From Eledone cirrhosa (Eukaryota), in NCBI GenBank assembly GCA_964016885.1, contig CAXHJY010000001.1:620001-684000 (forward strand): a stretch of DNA of 64,000 nucleotides, written 5' to 3'. A program made the translations under genes and the position numbers. Of this stretch, positions 39,931 through 56,979 are shown in pieces (position 1 is the first letter of the stretch; each line of letters starts with the position of its first letter). The notes beneath the pieces were generated by a model. That model worked only from the letters and a program-made list of their open reading frames with translations. It searched no databases and had not been told where the DNA came from.

Positions 39931-40222
39931 GGTGTGAAAGGTGGTAGGTTGTAAAATATGTGTGCGTGTATAAATATAGATGTGTGTGTGTAAGCGTATG
40001 GGTATACATGTGTGTGTAACTGTGTGTGTATATGTGTGAGTGCGTTTGTGTGTGAAAGATAGTGGGCTGTAGAAGCTGGAAATCAAAGGGTGTGAAAGGT
40101 GGTAGGTTGTAAAAACATGTGTGCGTGTATAAATATAGATGTGTGTGTGTATGCATATGGGTATGCATATACGTGCGTGTGTGTGAAGATAGCAGGCCGT
40201 AGGCTGTGAATGGTCACTATGG

Positions 40223-41695
40223 TTAAGTTAGCCATGTCAGCTCATTTCTCTCAGCCCGGTTGTTAAGTGGGGGTCTGAGGTTCTTAATAACAAGTGCTTC
40301 CTTTATCCTTAAGGATCCGATGCTGCGTTCAGTCGCTAGGACTGTGACCAAGGGTCTACCCTGTGGGTTTCCGCATTTAAGGATGTGTTTACGGAAGGAA
40401 GATGCGTTGGTGTTGATATGTTCCTTGATACGAACATGTAGGGGTCGGATGGTGCTACCTATGTAAAACTTGTTACATTTATCGCATTGAATCTTATATA
40501 CGACATAGGTGCGTAGGCAATCTGCCCCCCGTATCGGGCAGTTGCTGAGGGAACACGTCCCATCTGACTCGTCGGGTTTGTTGGAGAGGCATCTTCGCAG
40601 CGAAGGTCCTGTGTGGGCCAAATGTATGTCAAGTCCCTCCGTCCGTATGGCCCTGCGGATGGCGTTCGTGGTATATTCACTCAGGTGGGGGATTTTAAAG
40701 AAGCACCTGCTATTATTAAGTTTTCTAGTGGGTGTCTGTCTATTGGGTCTGGGGTCTCTAATTCCGTTAATCAGTCGCTTGGGATAACCATTAGATCTGA
40801 GTAGATTACGGAATTGCGTGGTATGGGTGAGACCACCCATCGGGTCGCTGCATCTATTAGTGATCCGTGTCAGTTCATTTAGGACATAGCCTCTCTTAGC
40901 GTTGTTGGGGAGGGCTGAGTTATAATGCACAAATAAGTCCTTGCACGCTGCTTTGCGGTAGAAGGTGGTGTTTATGTCTCCTTCTTCCGAGATGTTGATA
41001 CGGAAGTCGAGGAGGGCGAGTGACCCGTCTTCTCCTGGGTGTTCGATGGTGAAATCGATGTGATGGTCAGTATCGTTGAAGATTTGGTGAATTTCATTCG
41101 CCATCTCCCGGGAAGAAGTAAGTATCAGGATATCATCAACGTATCTGGAGTAGAAGGCGACGGCGTTGGGTTGGCAGGTATTGAGTGCCTTGCGTTCCAG
41201 GTGGTCCATGTACGAGATCGCAAGTATGCCGGACAGACTAGAGCCCATAGGTAGCCCAGAGATTTTTTTGTACGTGTGGCCGAGGAAATTGAAGAGTGCA
41301 TTATCCACAACGAAGGAGAGGAGTTGGTGGATGTCCGTGTGTGTGAGTCCGAAGCAGTGTAAGTTAGATGCTCGGACTCGTTCGGTCAACAGGTCGACAG
41401 CTGGGGATGCTGGTACGGAGGTATAAAGGGCGACCACATCAAGACTGGAGGCATAACCGTTGTCCTTTCTGGTGTTGGGCGCCAGATGGTGTAGTCGCTC
41501 CAAGACTTCCTTTGAGCTACAGACGTGGGCTGGTAGTGTGTGTAGAATAGGTTTCAGTAGTGTGGAGAGCAGCCACGATATTTTGTAGAGTGGGCCCTCC
41601 ACGCTAGAGACAATGGGCCTGATTTTCAAATCGGGTCCTTGTTTATGTGTTTTGACCAGGTGGTAGAAGGTGGGTAATTTGCTGTTTAGAGTCAT
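40223..41695 (-). CDS. Penelope reverse transcriptase plus GIY-YIG endonuclease (5'-truncated, uninterrupted)
   Basis: IRPIVS, SLDVVALYTSV, GLPMGSSLS, RYVDD, and VVYKIQCDKCNKFYIGST..LHVRIKEH. Confidence 0.9.
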   Translation of the reverse strand: MTLNSKLPTFYHLVKTHKQGPDLKIRPIVSSVEGPLYKISWLLSTLLKPILHTLPAHVCSSKEVLERLHHLAPNTRKDNGYASSLDVVALYTSVPASPAVDLLTERVRASNLHCFGLTHTDIHQLLSFVVDNALFNFLGHTYKKISGLPMGSSLSGILAISYMDHLERKALNTCQPNAVAFYSRYVDDILILTSSREMANEIHQIFNDTDHHIDFTIEHPGEDGSLALLDFRINISEEGDINTTFYRKAACKDLFVHYNSALPNNAKRGYVLNELTRITNRCSDPMGGLTHTTQFRNLLRSNGYPKRLINGIRDPRPNRQTPTRKLNNSRCFFKIPHLSEYTTNAIRRAIRTEGLDIHLAHTGPSLRRCLSNKPDESDGTCSLSNCPIRGADCLRTYVVYKIQCDKCNKFYIGSTIRPLHVRIKEHINTNASSFRKHILKCGNPQGRPLVTVLATERSIGSLRIKEALVIKNLRPPLNNRAERNELTWLT

Positions 41696-42522
41696 TAAGT
41701 TGTTTTTTACCTTCTTTGGCAGTTTTCGTTGGACACAGATGTTAGTCCATATGGTGTTAATGCCTTCCTCGATTAGAGTCGAGGAGGTCCCTGTGACTTT
41801 CGAGTAGAGGCTGTGGTCATTAAGATGTTGGAGAGCTAAGTTGTTGTAGGTCTCTCTCGAGATGACACAGAATTCAACCGGGCTGAGAGAAATGAGCTGA
41901 CATGGCTAACTTAACCATAGTGACCATTCACAGCCTACGGCCTGCTATCTTCACACACACGCACGTATATGCATACCCATACGCACACACACACACATCT
42001 ATATTTATACACGCACACATGTTTTTACAACCTACCACCTTTCACACCCTTTGATTTCCAGCTTCTACAGCCCACTATCTTTCACACACAAACGCACTCA
42101 CACATATACACACACAGTTACACACACATGTATACCCATACGCTTACACACACACATCTATATTTATACACGCACACATATTTTACAACCTACCACCTTT
42201 CACACCCTTTGATTTCCAACTTCTACAGCCCACTATCTTTCACACACACACACACTCACACATATACACACTTACACTTATACACACACAGTTACACAAA
42301 CATATATATTTACACACACATATCTTACGGCTTTCACACGCTAGCGCACCCTCTTGATTTAACCCATTTGGTCAGTAGCTTTTGCCACAGCCTATCACGC
42401 ACACGCGCATTCTTTCCCTCGTTTAAATTTTAAATAATTTTCTCCCCATAACGGCATTCCTGTCTTAACGACATCACAACTTTCTCCGCTTGGCCTGTTC
42501 CCCCCCCCCCCTTTTGGAACTT

Positions 42523-42558
42523 TCCCCCGTTGATGGGCGTGAGTCCGAAATATTGGGA
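42523..42558 (+). ncRNA. Degenerate minimal type I hammerhead ribozyme-like motif in the pLTR
   Basis: tccc..TTGATG-GGCGTGAGTCC-GAAA-TAT-T-ggga; the core deviates from CUGANGA. Confidence 0.4.
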
Positions 42559-42750
42559 TTAAATCTCTACTATGGTAACCCTTCTACCTTTGTTTTGTTT
42601 TCATCTTTGTCTCTCTCAATTTTCACTTTCACCTGTTTTTCCTATTTATCTTTCACTTCCTACCTCGAGATTTCCCTCTGCATTGTTGTGGCTTTCTTAA
42701 ATACGTATTTTACACATTTCACAATGCTTCAAGCAAACTTTAACACCCTC

Positions 42751-42816
<66 letters not shown>

Positions 42817-42833
42817 GTATATATATATATACA

Positions 42834-46434
<3,601 letters not shown>

Positions 46435-46485
46435 GTATGTAAATATATATATATGTATATATATATATATGTATGTATATATATG

Positions 46486-46517
<32 letters not shown>

Positions 46518-46544
46518 TGTATAGATATATATATATATGTATAG

Positions 46545-46585
<41 letters not shown>

Positions 46586-46616
46586 TGTATATATGCATAT
46601 ATATATATATGTATAG

Positions 46617-46693
<77 letters not shown>

Positions 46694-46704
46694 TATATGT
46701 ATAG

Positions 46705-46757
<53 letters not shown>

Positions 46758-46768
46758 TATATGTATAG

Positions 46769-46838
<70 letters not shown>

Positions 46839-46860
46839 ATATATATATATATATGTATAG

Positions 46861-46920
<60 letters not shown>

Positions 46921-47068
46921 ATACTTGGAGTGGGTCATATTGTTGTAATAATGTTGCCAGAAATAATAACAGAACACACTCACTGTTTGGTTGGTTTTCG
47001 CTTCTGTATCTTTTATATCTCCATAGTTAATTTATTTGGCATTGATTGACCAATGGTTAAATATACAG

Positions 47069-47123
<55 letters not shown>

Positions 47124-47260
47124 AACAAAGTTCTTTGATTGCCAAATAAATTAACTATGGAGATATAAAAGATACAGAAGCGAAAACCAACCAAACAGTG
47201 AGTGTGTTCTGTTATTATTTCTGGCAACATTATTACAACAATATGAACCTCCCCAAGTAT
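46921..47260. repeat. ~120-bp inverted repeat around an (AT)n-containing spacer
   Basis: 46921-47040 is a near-perfect reverse complement of 47140-47260. Confidence 0.85.
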
Positions 47261-47263
47261 ATG

Positions 47264-47294
<31 letters not shown>

Positions 47295-47309
47295 TTTTTT
47301 ATTTGTTTG

Positions 47310-50300
47310 ACCCGAATTGGGTCCTAGAGATGATTCATCATCTTCTAGAGTTCAAAAGCTAGCTAAACTGAAGAGGTACCGGCCTGCCCGCCCAGCCAAT
47401 GGGATGGCGTCATCTTATGGTTAAAACAGCACGAAGAAAAGGGCCTCAGTACCCTGCGAGTCAATTGGGCTGCTCCATGACGGCGGAGTGCGACCCGAGC
47501 GACGAGAGGCTGCTAAAAATCACAGGTTCCCGAAGGCCGCCATGGAACAGGACTAACCTTGCCATATGCACATACAACTCCAGGTCTTTGGCAGGGGGGG
47601 GGGGGGCAAGGACTGAACCACCTAATGGAGGAGAAGAAGAAGATCAGGTGGGACGTGTTAGGGCTGTGCGAGACCCGCCAGAAGAAGGAGGAGAATTCCC
47701 GATGGCAAGATGGATGCGCCGTGAGACTCGGGAAAGCAGAGGATGCCAGATTGGTATAGGGTTTATCGTAAGCAAGGAATGGGCTTCGAAGGTCGCTTCT
47801 TGCCAGTTCATATCGTCACGGATTGGTGTACTGAACGTAAACCTCTCAGGGAAGGCCACCCTCAAGATCATCCAGACCTACGCTCCCACAAATGCCAGCG
47901 ACGACGAGGAAGTGGAAGAATTCTATCGCCAGCTAGACAAAGTGCTAACTGTGAAGTCCACTTACACCGTCGTGATGTGAGACTTGAACGCAAAGGTCGG
48001 ACAGGGACGGCAAGGGGAAGAGTATGTAGGAAAATTCGGCCTGGGATATCGAAATGAGAGAGGAGAGTGTCTGGTCACCATGGCGGAGATGAGACGGCTC
48101 TACATCGGAAACAGCCTATTCAGGAAGAAGGAGGAGAAAAGATGGACCTGGGTATCGCTAAATTCTGAGCACGGAAACGAGATCGACTACATCCTGGTCG
48201 ACAAGCCACGTATACTGCAGGACGTCTCCGTCATAACGCCATTTAACACTGGCAGTGATCATCGTCTGGTGAGGGCGAAGGTCGTCATCGATCGGACGAG
48301 GGAGAAGAAGGCGCTGCATTTGGCGGCAAGGGGAGAATGCGTCTGGGTCTTCAACGAGGCGCAGCAGCAGGAAGCCATCATGCAGGAAAAGTGGTGTAAA
48401 GGAGACGGCATAGACGCTGACTACGACTCACTGGTAAGGAAACTGAAGGAGTGCTTGAGGAAGGCTAAGGGTGTGTTCCCGAAGGAGCGGAAGGGAAGAG
48501 TCTGGGAGGAAACTATGAAGTTGCTTGAGAAGAGGAAGATTATGAAGAGGACACCTGAAAATCACCTCGAATATTCCCTTCTCAGCAGAGTGATACGTCA
48601 ACTGAAGAGAGACTTCGAGGCATACCGGATGGGGAAGCTCCTGAAGGCCGCAGAGGAAAAGAAGAGCCTCAAGAAATGCGAGACGGACATGGCAATGTAC
48701 AGATCGAAGGTGACGACCCTGAAGAACACAGCTGGAGTACCGGTCAGCGACAAGAATGAGATGGAAAAGATTTACGAAGACTTCTACACCAAGCTCTTCA
48801 AGTCTGCCGGGAATGTGCAGCCGTTGCCGTCACTCCAACAGGAAGAAAATGTGCCACCCATCCTTGTCGGTGAGGTCGAAAGAGCCGTCGGTGTAATGAA
48901 AAGCGGAAAGGCGCCAGGGAAAGACGGAATAACATCGGAGGTGTTGAAGTCAGGTGGAGAGCAGCTCTGGAAATCCTCGCCGAGCGATTCACACACGATC
49001 TGGACGAGGGAAGAATACCCTCGCAGTGGAAAGAGTCGAATACCATCCTGCTATAAAAGAAGGGCGATAGAGAAGATCTGAAGAACTACTGACCCATATT
49101 CCTGCTGTCTCACGTGTACAAGCTGTTCATGAAGATAATCCTGAACAGGTTATCACATCATCTGGACGAACCGCAACCGAAAGAGCAAGCCGGCTTCCGG
49201 AAGAACTACAGCACGATGGACCACATATTTACTCTGACACAACTGCTTGAGCAAGCAAAAGGGTACAAGATGCCTCTTTGCGTCGCGTTCGTAGACTACA
49301 AGAAGGCCTTCGACAGCGTCGAAATCAACGCAGTGCTGAACTCGCTGCAGAGGCAAGGAGTCGAGGCGCAATACGTTCAACTGCTCAAGGAGGCGAATTC
49401 CGGATGCACCACCGACACAGCTCTGCTGTCATCACCCGTACGAGTGCCGGTCGAGAAGGGAGTGAAGCAAGGAGATACGATCTCTCCAAAAGTTTTCACC
49501 GCGTGTCTCGAGCAGATCATCAGAGGCATTGACTGGCAAGGCGGTGTCACCATCAATGGGGAGATACTTACCCACCTCCGTTTCGCTGATGACATCGTAC
49601 TCATCGCTGAAACCACGGATCGGCTTCAGACCATGCTGACGGAGCTCGACATCAAAAGCTCTGCAGTAGGCCTCAAGATGAACAGCATGAAAATGAACTT
49701 CATGCGGTCCGACAACATACCAACAGGTCGAATGGTGGTTGGCGGTGATGAAATAGAGGAGGTGGAGGAATACGTCTACCTAGGACAAGAAGTGAACATG
49801 CGCTGAGACATTGAGAGGCTGATCTCGCAGAGAGTAAAGGCCGGATGGAAGGTGTTCAGCGGCATAAGGGATGTGCTCAAGGGGAGGTTAGACAAGATCG
49901 CCCAAGCCAACTTCTTCAATAGCACAGTTTTACCTACAAAGTTATATGGCAGTGAAACTTGGGCTACAACGAAGAGAGAAGAGCAGAGGCTGGTAACGGC
50001 TCAAATAGCCATGGAGAGATCAATGCTAGGAATCTCGTTGAGAGAGCACATCAAGAGCGAAGTCATCAGACAGAAGTCCGACGTGAGGGACGTCATCGCG
50101 CAATATATACGCAGCAAGTTCAGATGGGCTGGACACGTCGCCCGGTTCACCGATAATCGCTGGACCTGCGCAGTTGCGGAGTGGTACCCGTGCGAGTGGA
50201 AGCGACCACTCGGAAGGCCTCCATGAAGGTGGCAGATCATTTTAGGAATATGATTGGGACTACATGGATGAGGAAAGCACAATCCAGAGAGGAATGGACG

Positions 50301-50357
50301 GCGTGCTGTGACCAGCGGCGCCGAATGGACGCCCGACAGACTGGTCTGTCAAGGTGA
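47310..50357 (+). mobile_element. RTE-1-like LINE, GC/CpG-rich, with multiple stops and frameshifts
   Basis: CTYNSRSL, LGLCETR, IQTYAPT, EIDYIL, GSDHRLV, QAGFR, FVDYKKAFDSV, GVKQGDTISP, HLRFADD, WAGHVAR. Confidence 0.9.
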
Positions 50358-51150
50358 TATATATAGATACATATATATATATATATATATACATATATTT
50401 AATACAGTAACAGAGAAAGCTTTAAGCTAAACTCTGACTGGCTACCATCTCACTCAACAAACATTAGGATATACCTTAGTATAATCCCAATTTTGTGTTT
50501 GGGGTGCTAACTATATGTATTTTGTGGAAAGCCAGTTGTATTATTTTATATGAGATATAATTAAAATTAAAATAAATCTCTCTTTCCAAACAATTGTTTC
50601 ATTATAAGTTTTCTACAAGTTGGGAGAATGTTTCTTGTTTATGTAGAAGCCTACATATTTTTCTGTAAGAACATATGCAGGTGGGCACTTATAAATCATC
50701 AGTGGATGCCCTTCAAACATTGATATAAGAAAAAATTTCTTACCGCAATTATTTTTGTGTCAGCTAAGTCGTCCCTTCACGCATCATAATGACCGCCAAA
50801 TTTGAAATTCCAGCAGTCCTAGACTGAGGAATTTCACAGCGTCACGAAGCGGAAAAGGGAGGCAATCGCGAAACATAAGAAAGTAAAATAATATACACGT
50901 GGGTTAATTAGTTTTTTTAAAAACAATTTTAATCCTGCGTGTTAAGAACTCAATTAATTTTAAAAAAATAAATGTATGCATGTATTAAGTACGTATATAT
51001 ATATATACATATATATATATACATACATATATATATATGTATATGTGTGTATATGTATATAGTATATATGTATATATAGGAAGAGGCACATGGCTTGCAA
51101 GCAGAGAAAAGTGGACGTAAAATGATGATGATGATGATGATATATATATA

Positions 51151-54100
51151 TCTATATATTAATTTGAAGAACGTCAGTATTCCGTGTGTCACAATTCTCA
51201 ATTATCATTGGTTCATAGGTTTCAAACGACTCCGCCCACCCCAACGACGCCAAACTGAAATTAATATGCATAATGCCAATGAGGGAGTGAGAGGGGAGAG
51301 TGTGAACGCTGTGTTCAATAACTATTAACATGTATGCGTGTGTATGTATGTGCGCGTATGTTTATGTGTGTGTGCGTGCGTGCAGTGTTCCACAGAAAGT
51401 AAAAACTATCAACATGTGTGAGTGTGTGCGTGTGTAAGTTTGCGGGCGTGTGCGCGTTTCCATGCGTGTATGTGTGTGACGTTCCACAATCGCCGCGCAG
51501 TTTATCTGTCTGTGTGCCTGTCTGTCATACACAGAGTTGTGAAGGGAGTAAATAGGGACCTTTCTTTACATTGACGGACATCTTTTATATTTATTATTGT
51601 GTCATTTTTTTTTACAATTGCTCCAAATGAATACTGATAAGAAAAGCAATTCGACTTTATCAAACAGTGAACTACAGCGGCGACGGAGTGCTGCGATGGT
51701 TGAAAAACGAACTGGCTGAGCATCATCAGCAGGTGGCCAGAATTCAGCAGCAATGGCGTGCTCCGATGGATGAAGAGGAGCTGGCTGAACAGCACCAGCG
51801 CAATACAGAAGTTCAGGGAATGTGTCGCAAAGTGCTCCTCATTCCAGTAAAGAGGCTAGAAGGCGAACGAATGATATCAAAAATGGATCATGGCAACCGT
51901 GTCACTGTCAGATTGGTGGACGAGCAGGGTCTCCACATTGTGGAGCATTGCTTTGGTGGCACGAAAAGACGTGGACCACAATGTGCTGTCACAAAGGAGC
52001 AGTTCAACTAGAACCTTTGCGAATGCCGGATGATGGGGAGTCACCGAAGTTTAAAATACTAAGTATGTGGGGTGATCAATGAGACCGAGGTAGATTACTG
52101 CGCAAATATTCGCGGCAAATTAACAATTTATTGGCTTTAGCATCGCAGAGAGTTAGATGTTTGAGAGTGGAGCATGGCAACCGAATGTCGTCATTCAATG
52201 CCGTTTGTATCATTGTATCGGTAATTTAGAAGTTACCCCAGGAGAGAGGCCTTGATTCGCTCAAATTTACGTTAACGATCCAGATTATAGTGAATCGGAG
52301 GAGGATATCAGGATCGGTTGGATGAAGTTGCCGGGAAATATAACTGAACTTGAACGGCAAAGGTTAAGTGATTTGATCCATGATTTGCAATCATGGCTTA
52401 GACAGTGTAATCCTTATGTTATGGATTTCATGTTGGTGGCTGAACTGCAGAATGTTCAGCAACAAACATTGATGATTAAGGCTAACGCAGTGCCAAGGAA
52501 TCAACACGAACGGCGATATAATGCCCCTGAAGGATTTCGTGAAGTTGCTGTGTTGATGGACGATAAGCCTGGATTGAGAGATATCGCCCTCAATCGCAGA
52601 GATGGTGGTCTCAAAACTATCAATGAGTCAAATAGGACATACCATCCATTGCATTATGTTCTTTTATTCCCAAAAGGTGAAAATGGATGGAACATGTCTG
52701 TTCATTTAGATGATCATGAGAATCAGCATCAACAGGGAGGTGGCAATAGACACAATAATTCGATTCGCGACTTTTACGCGTTCCATTTGAACGAGAGGAA
52801 TCAACAGAGAAATGCGCTATTTCAAGCCAGCAGATTGTTCCAGGAATACTGTTGTATGGCATACGCAAAGATCGAAAATCAAAGGCTAAATTATATAGCT
52901 ACACATCAGCAACATATCAGAGCTGAATTGTATAATAATATACAGGATGCGATAACAGCCGATGATGCCAATTACAAGCAAATTGGTCGACGCATCATTT
53001 TGCCATCGTCGTTCATCGGCGGCCCGAGATATATGAACATTCGCTATCAGGATGCAATAGCTATTGTCAGAAAGTTTGGAAAGCCAGATTTGTTTATAAC
53101 GGTTACATGCAATCCTGAATGGACTGATATTAAGGATGCACTTTTGCCAGGACAACAGCCAAAGGACCGTCCTGATATTGTGGCAAGAGTATTCAAAGGA
53201 TATCTGAAAAAGATAATGGATGATGTGGAAAAAGAGGGAATCTTTGGAAGTATAGTTGCTTTTACATACGTCATTGAATTCCAAAAAAGAGGATTGCCAC
53301 ATGCACATTTGCTGATCATTTTACATAGACATTGCAAATTGTGATGTGCTGAGGATGTCGACAGCATTGTGTGTGCTGAACTGCCGGAGAATGAGGCACT
53401 ATGCAACTTGGTGGCAAAGTCAATGGTGCACAACCAATGCGGAGTGGCAAATCGGAAAGCGCCTTGCATGAAAAATGGCCAATGCAGTAAGCACTTTCCG
53501 AAATCTTTTGTCACGAACACTTCCTGGAATGATGGGGATGCTCATCCCTCATACAGAAGACGGTCGCCTGCCGATGGCGGTTTGGTCGAAAATGTAAACG
53601 GTCGACAGGTTACAAATCAATGGGTTGTGCCATACAATCCAAATTTGATTATGAAATATCGTTGTCATATTAATGTGGAAATTTGTAGCTCAGTGAAAGC
53701 TTGCAAATATCTATTCAAATATGTTTACAAAGGTCATGATGGGGCAATGATGAATGTCAGGAATGAGGAAGTGAACCAAGGAGATGAAGTTGGCAGGTTC
53801 CAGGATGTTCGCTCGATTGGATCTAGCGAAGCTTGCTGGAGATTGTTCGATTTTGATCTCAATGAACGCAAACACAGCGTTCAGAAACTGACGGTTCACT
53901 TAGAGAATAGGCAAATGGTCTGTTTTAAGGACACTAGAAGAGGTATCGAAAGAATTGCTAACGCACCACCTCCTAAGACGGAATTGACTGAGTGGTTCAA
54001 GCATAATAGGGAACATGCTTTGAACCCGGATCAAAAGCAACTCTACTGCGATTTCCCTTCGCACTATACGTGGGATAAGAAGGGAAAGAAATGGAATGAT

Positions 54101-56979
54101 AGAAAACAAAAGTTGAGATTCATGACTATTGGACGGGTTTGTAATGTCCATCCAGCATCTGGTGATGTGTTTTATCTCCGAGTTCTGTTGCATAGTGATT
54201 TTTCGAGAGGTAAACAGAGCTTCGCTGATTTGAAAACAATCAATGGCGTGGAATATAAAAGATACCAGGCTGTGTGTCAGCATCTGGGACTCCTTCAGGA
54301 TGACGCTGAATGGTATAACGCCATGGAAGCTGCAGGAACAACACAGATGCCAGCTCGAATAAGGCAGTTGTTTGTCACGATTCTAGGATTCTGCAATCCT
54401 GCCGATCCAAGAGAGTTATTCGAACGCCATTGGGGAATTATGGCTGATGATTTTAGGCACCATCTTCAGGTCTATGATGAAAATTTGCTGAAAGCTATTG
54501 TTTTGCTCAATATTGAGCAACTGCTCGAAGTTCATTTGAAATGTTTAACAGATTTCAATTTACCAATTCCTGATGAAGAAATGCGGCAACGTGTCTTAGA
54601 ATTGAACATGAGATTGCAGCTTAGACGGTTGCCACTCGATCGGAGGGAACTATTCCAGTTTGATCCACTGGAACAGCAACGTATTGTGGATGAACGTATG
54701 CCAATGTTGACCCAATCTCACAGAGAATTGGTTGATGGCGCTCTCCACTCGATTTCCACTAATGAGCAACTTTGTGCTTTCATAGATGTTCCAGGAGGCA
54801 CCGGAAAGACATTCTGTTTCAACACTATGTTATCGGCAGTCAGAGCTCAGAGGAAGATTGCTCTCCCTGTGCCCACCAGGGGCATCGCTGCCACTTTGCT
54901 GAGTGGTGGAAGGACCTTCCACTCATGCTTCAAGGCTCCATTGGCTCGAGTTTCTGTAATATTACAGGACAAAGTGAACTCGCGGGCCTTATACGCAATA
55001 CGTCTCTGATTATTTGGGACAAGGCTCCAATGGCACACAGATATTTGCTGGAGGCATTGGACAGAACTTTGAGAGATATCTGCGGTAGTGACCTGCCATT
55101 CAGTGGTAAGACTATCGTTGTTGGTGGCGATTTCAGACAGGTGCTACCAATTGTTAGGAATGCTCAAAGAGCACAAATTGTCAATGCATGTCTGAAAAAG
55201 TCCCCGTTGTGGCGCCATTTCAGAGTTTTGCGATTACACGATAATATGCGACTTCCTATGTTCGGGCAAAACGAAGAGGCTGAGACATACGGCCGATGGT
55301 TGATGCAGTTGGGAAACGATGAATTGCCACACGCTGGTGATAATCAGACTGTATAAATCCCAGACCATTTGGTCATGCCACTGGACCGCCAAGGCTTGAT
55401 TGACTGGGTGTTCCCTAATTTGAATGCTTTTTGGCAGAATATCTCCTGAATATCGGAACGTGTTATTCTAACTCATACGAATGCAACGGTCGATGAAATA
55501 AATTCACAAGTAGCCGGAATGTTTCCTGGAGAGGAATGGTTGACCGTCAGTGCGGATGCAATGGAGCCTAATCAGCAGAACAGTATGGATGTTCCGACTG
55601 AGTATCTGAATTCACTTCAAATACCCGGATTTCCCCCACATATTTTGAGGTTGAAAAAGGGTTTGCCGATTATATTGCTTAGAAATATCAATCATAAAAT
55701 GGGTCTTTGCAATGGTACCAGATTGATTGTTGAGAGATTGATTAACGGAAGAGTTTTAGAAGCTAAACTCCCAGGCAGAGAGGAATCGGTTCTCATTCCG
55801 AGGATCATGCTGAGACCAAGTGAAGATCTGCTGCCATTTATGTGGCAAAGGAGACAGTTTCCCGTCAATTTGGCCTTCTCCATGACTGTCAACAAGGCAC
55901 AGGGACAGACTTTCAAGCGAGTCGGTGTCTGCTTGAATGATCCAGCCATGGGCAACTGTATGTTGCTGCATCTCGAGTGTGCGATCCTGATGGTATAAAA
56001 TTTGCAATTGATACCACTAACAGAGGAACAAACCTAAATATTGTCTATAATGAAGCTTTGAGCTGATGTATGCATATCTTTAATGCTATCAATAAGCGAC
56101 GTATATGATTCGGACATTGGTTTCCTTTCATCTGTATTGTGAGCTTTGGCAGAGTTATCATTTATGTTCAATGTCATTTATTGTCGATAATGAGCAATAA
56201 AAACCAACAAGTATTGGTAGAAATTGCCTTCAAATTTATCGCTTCTGATTGCAGTGGTAATAAAACCGCATCATATGCTGAGTCTGGCAAAAAGTTTGGT
56301 GCCTATGGCCGGCCAGGGCTAGAGTAATATTGAAAAACCATTCTATTTTCGAAGTAGAAGGATCCGCCATTTTGAGTTCAAACCAGGCCACCTCCCCGAG
56401 TTGAACTCTGGGCAATATTGACTGTCTATTACTCAGTGGCTAAGAGCCTGGAAATTACTGAATAAATGTTTGTGTCATATAATTTGTTGGTTTATTATTA
56501 TAGCTGACCACTTATAGATAAGCAGGTTATCCATATCCATATTAATTTGGCATTTGTATAAACCATTTCAAGTAAATAGGGACCTTCTTTACATTGACGG
56601 ACATCTTTTTTATTAATTATCTATATCTATATCTACATATAATATAACAGATTGGAACTTCCATCATCCTTTTGAGAAACGTGGAACAACCACGTCTATG
56701 CAATGATACACGTTTTCCAGTCAGGCCGAAGAGGAACCATCTCCTAGAGGTCACTATTCTAGGTGGGAGCACCTAGAATTGTTCATATACTATGCACAAA
56801 CCGGACAACGAAGAATCTGGTATATCTGGAAGATTTCTTTTACAGTTTTTTTGTATCACACAGACAACACGGACTCGCCTCACACTGTAACCAGACAAAC
56901 ATCCAATACAGACATTTTCTCTTTTACCTGTCTTCTCTTATCATCTGTTTACCCGGGCGAAGCTGGGTACGTCAGCTAG
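51151..56979 (+). mobile_element. Helitron (autonomous-type, degenerate)
   Basis: A|TCTATATATT 5' end; 3' hairpin tacccgggcgaagctgggta plus CTAG; RepHel coding region inside. Confidence 0.9.
52322..56066 (+). pseudogene. Helitron Rep (HUH) / PIF1 helicase, fragmented
   Basis: FITVTCNP, VIEFQKRGLPHAHLLI, KYLFKYVYKG; PGGTGKT, GDFRQVLP, GLCNGTRL, RRQFPV..SMTVNKAQGQT, split over several ORFs. Confidence 0.9.

Larger units (their letters stand above)
38583..42752 (-). mobile_element. Penelope-like element with inverted pLTRs
   Basis: 39931-40262 is the reverse complement of 41875-42207; 38583-38658 is the reverse complement of ~42677-42752; encloses an RT-GIY-YIG ORF. Confidence 0.88.
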
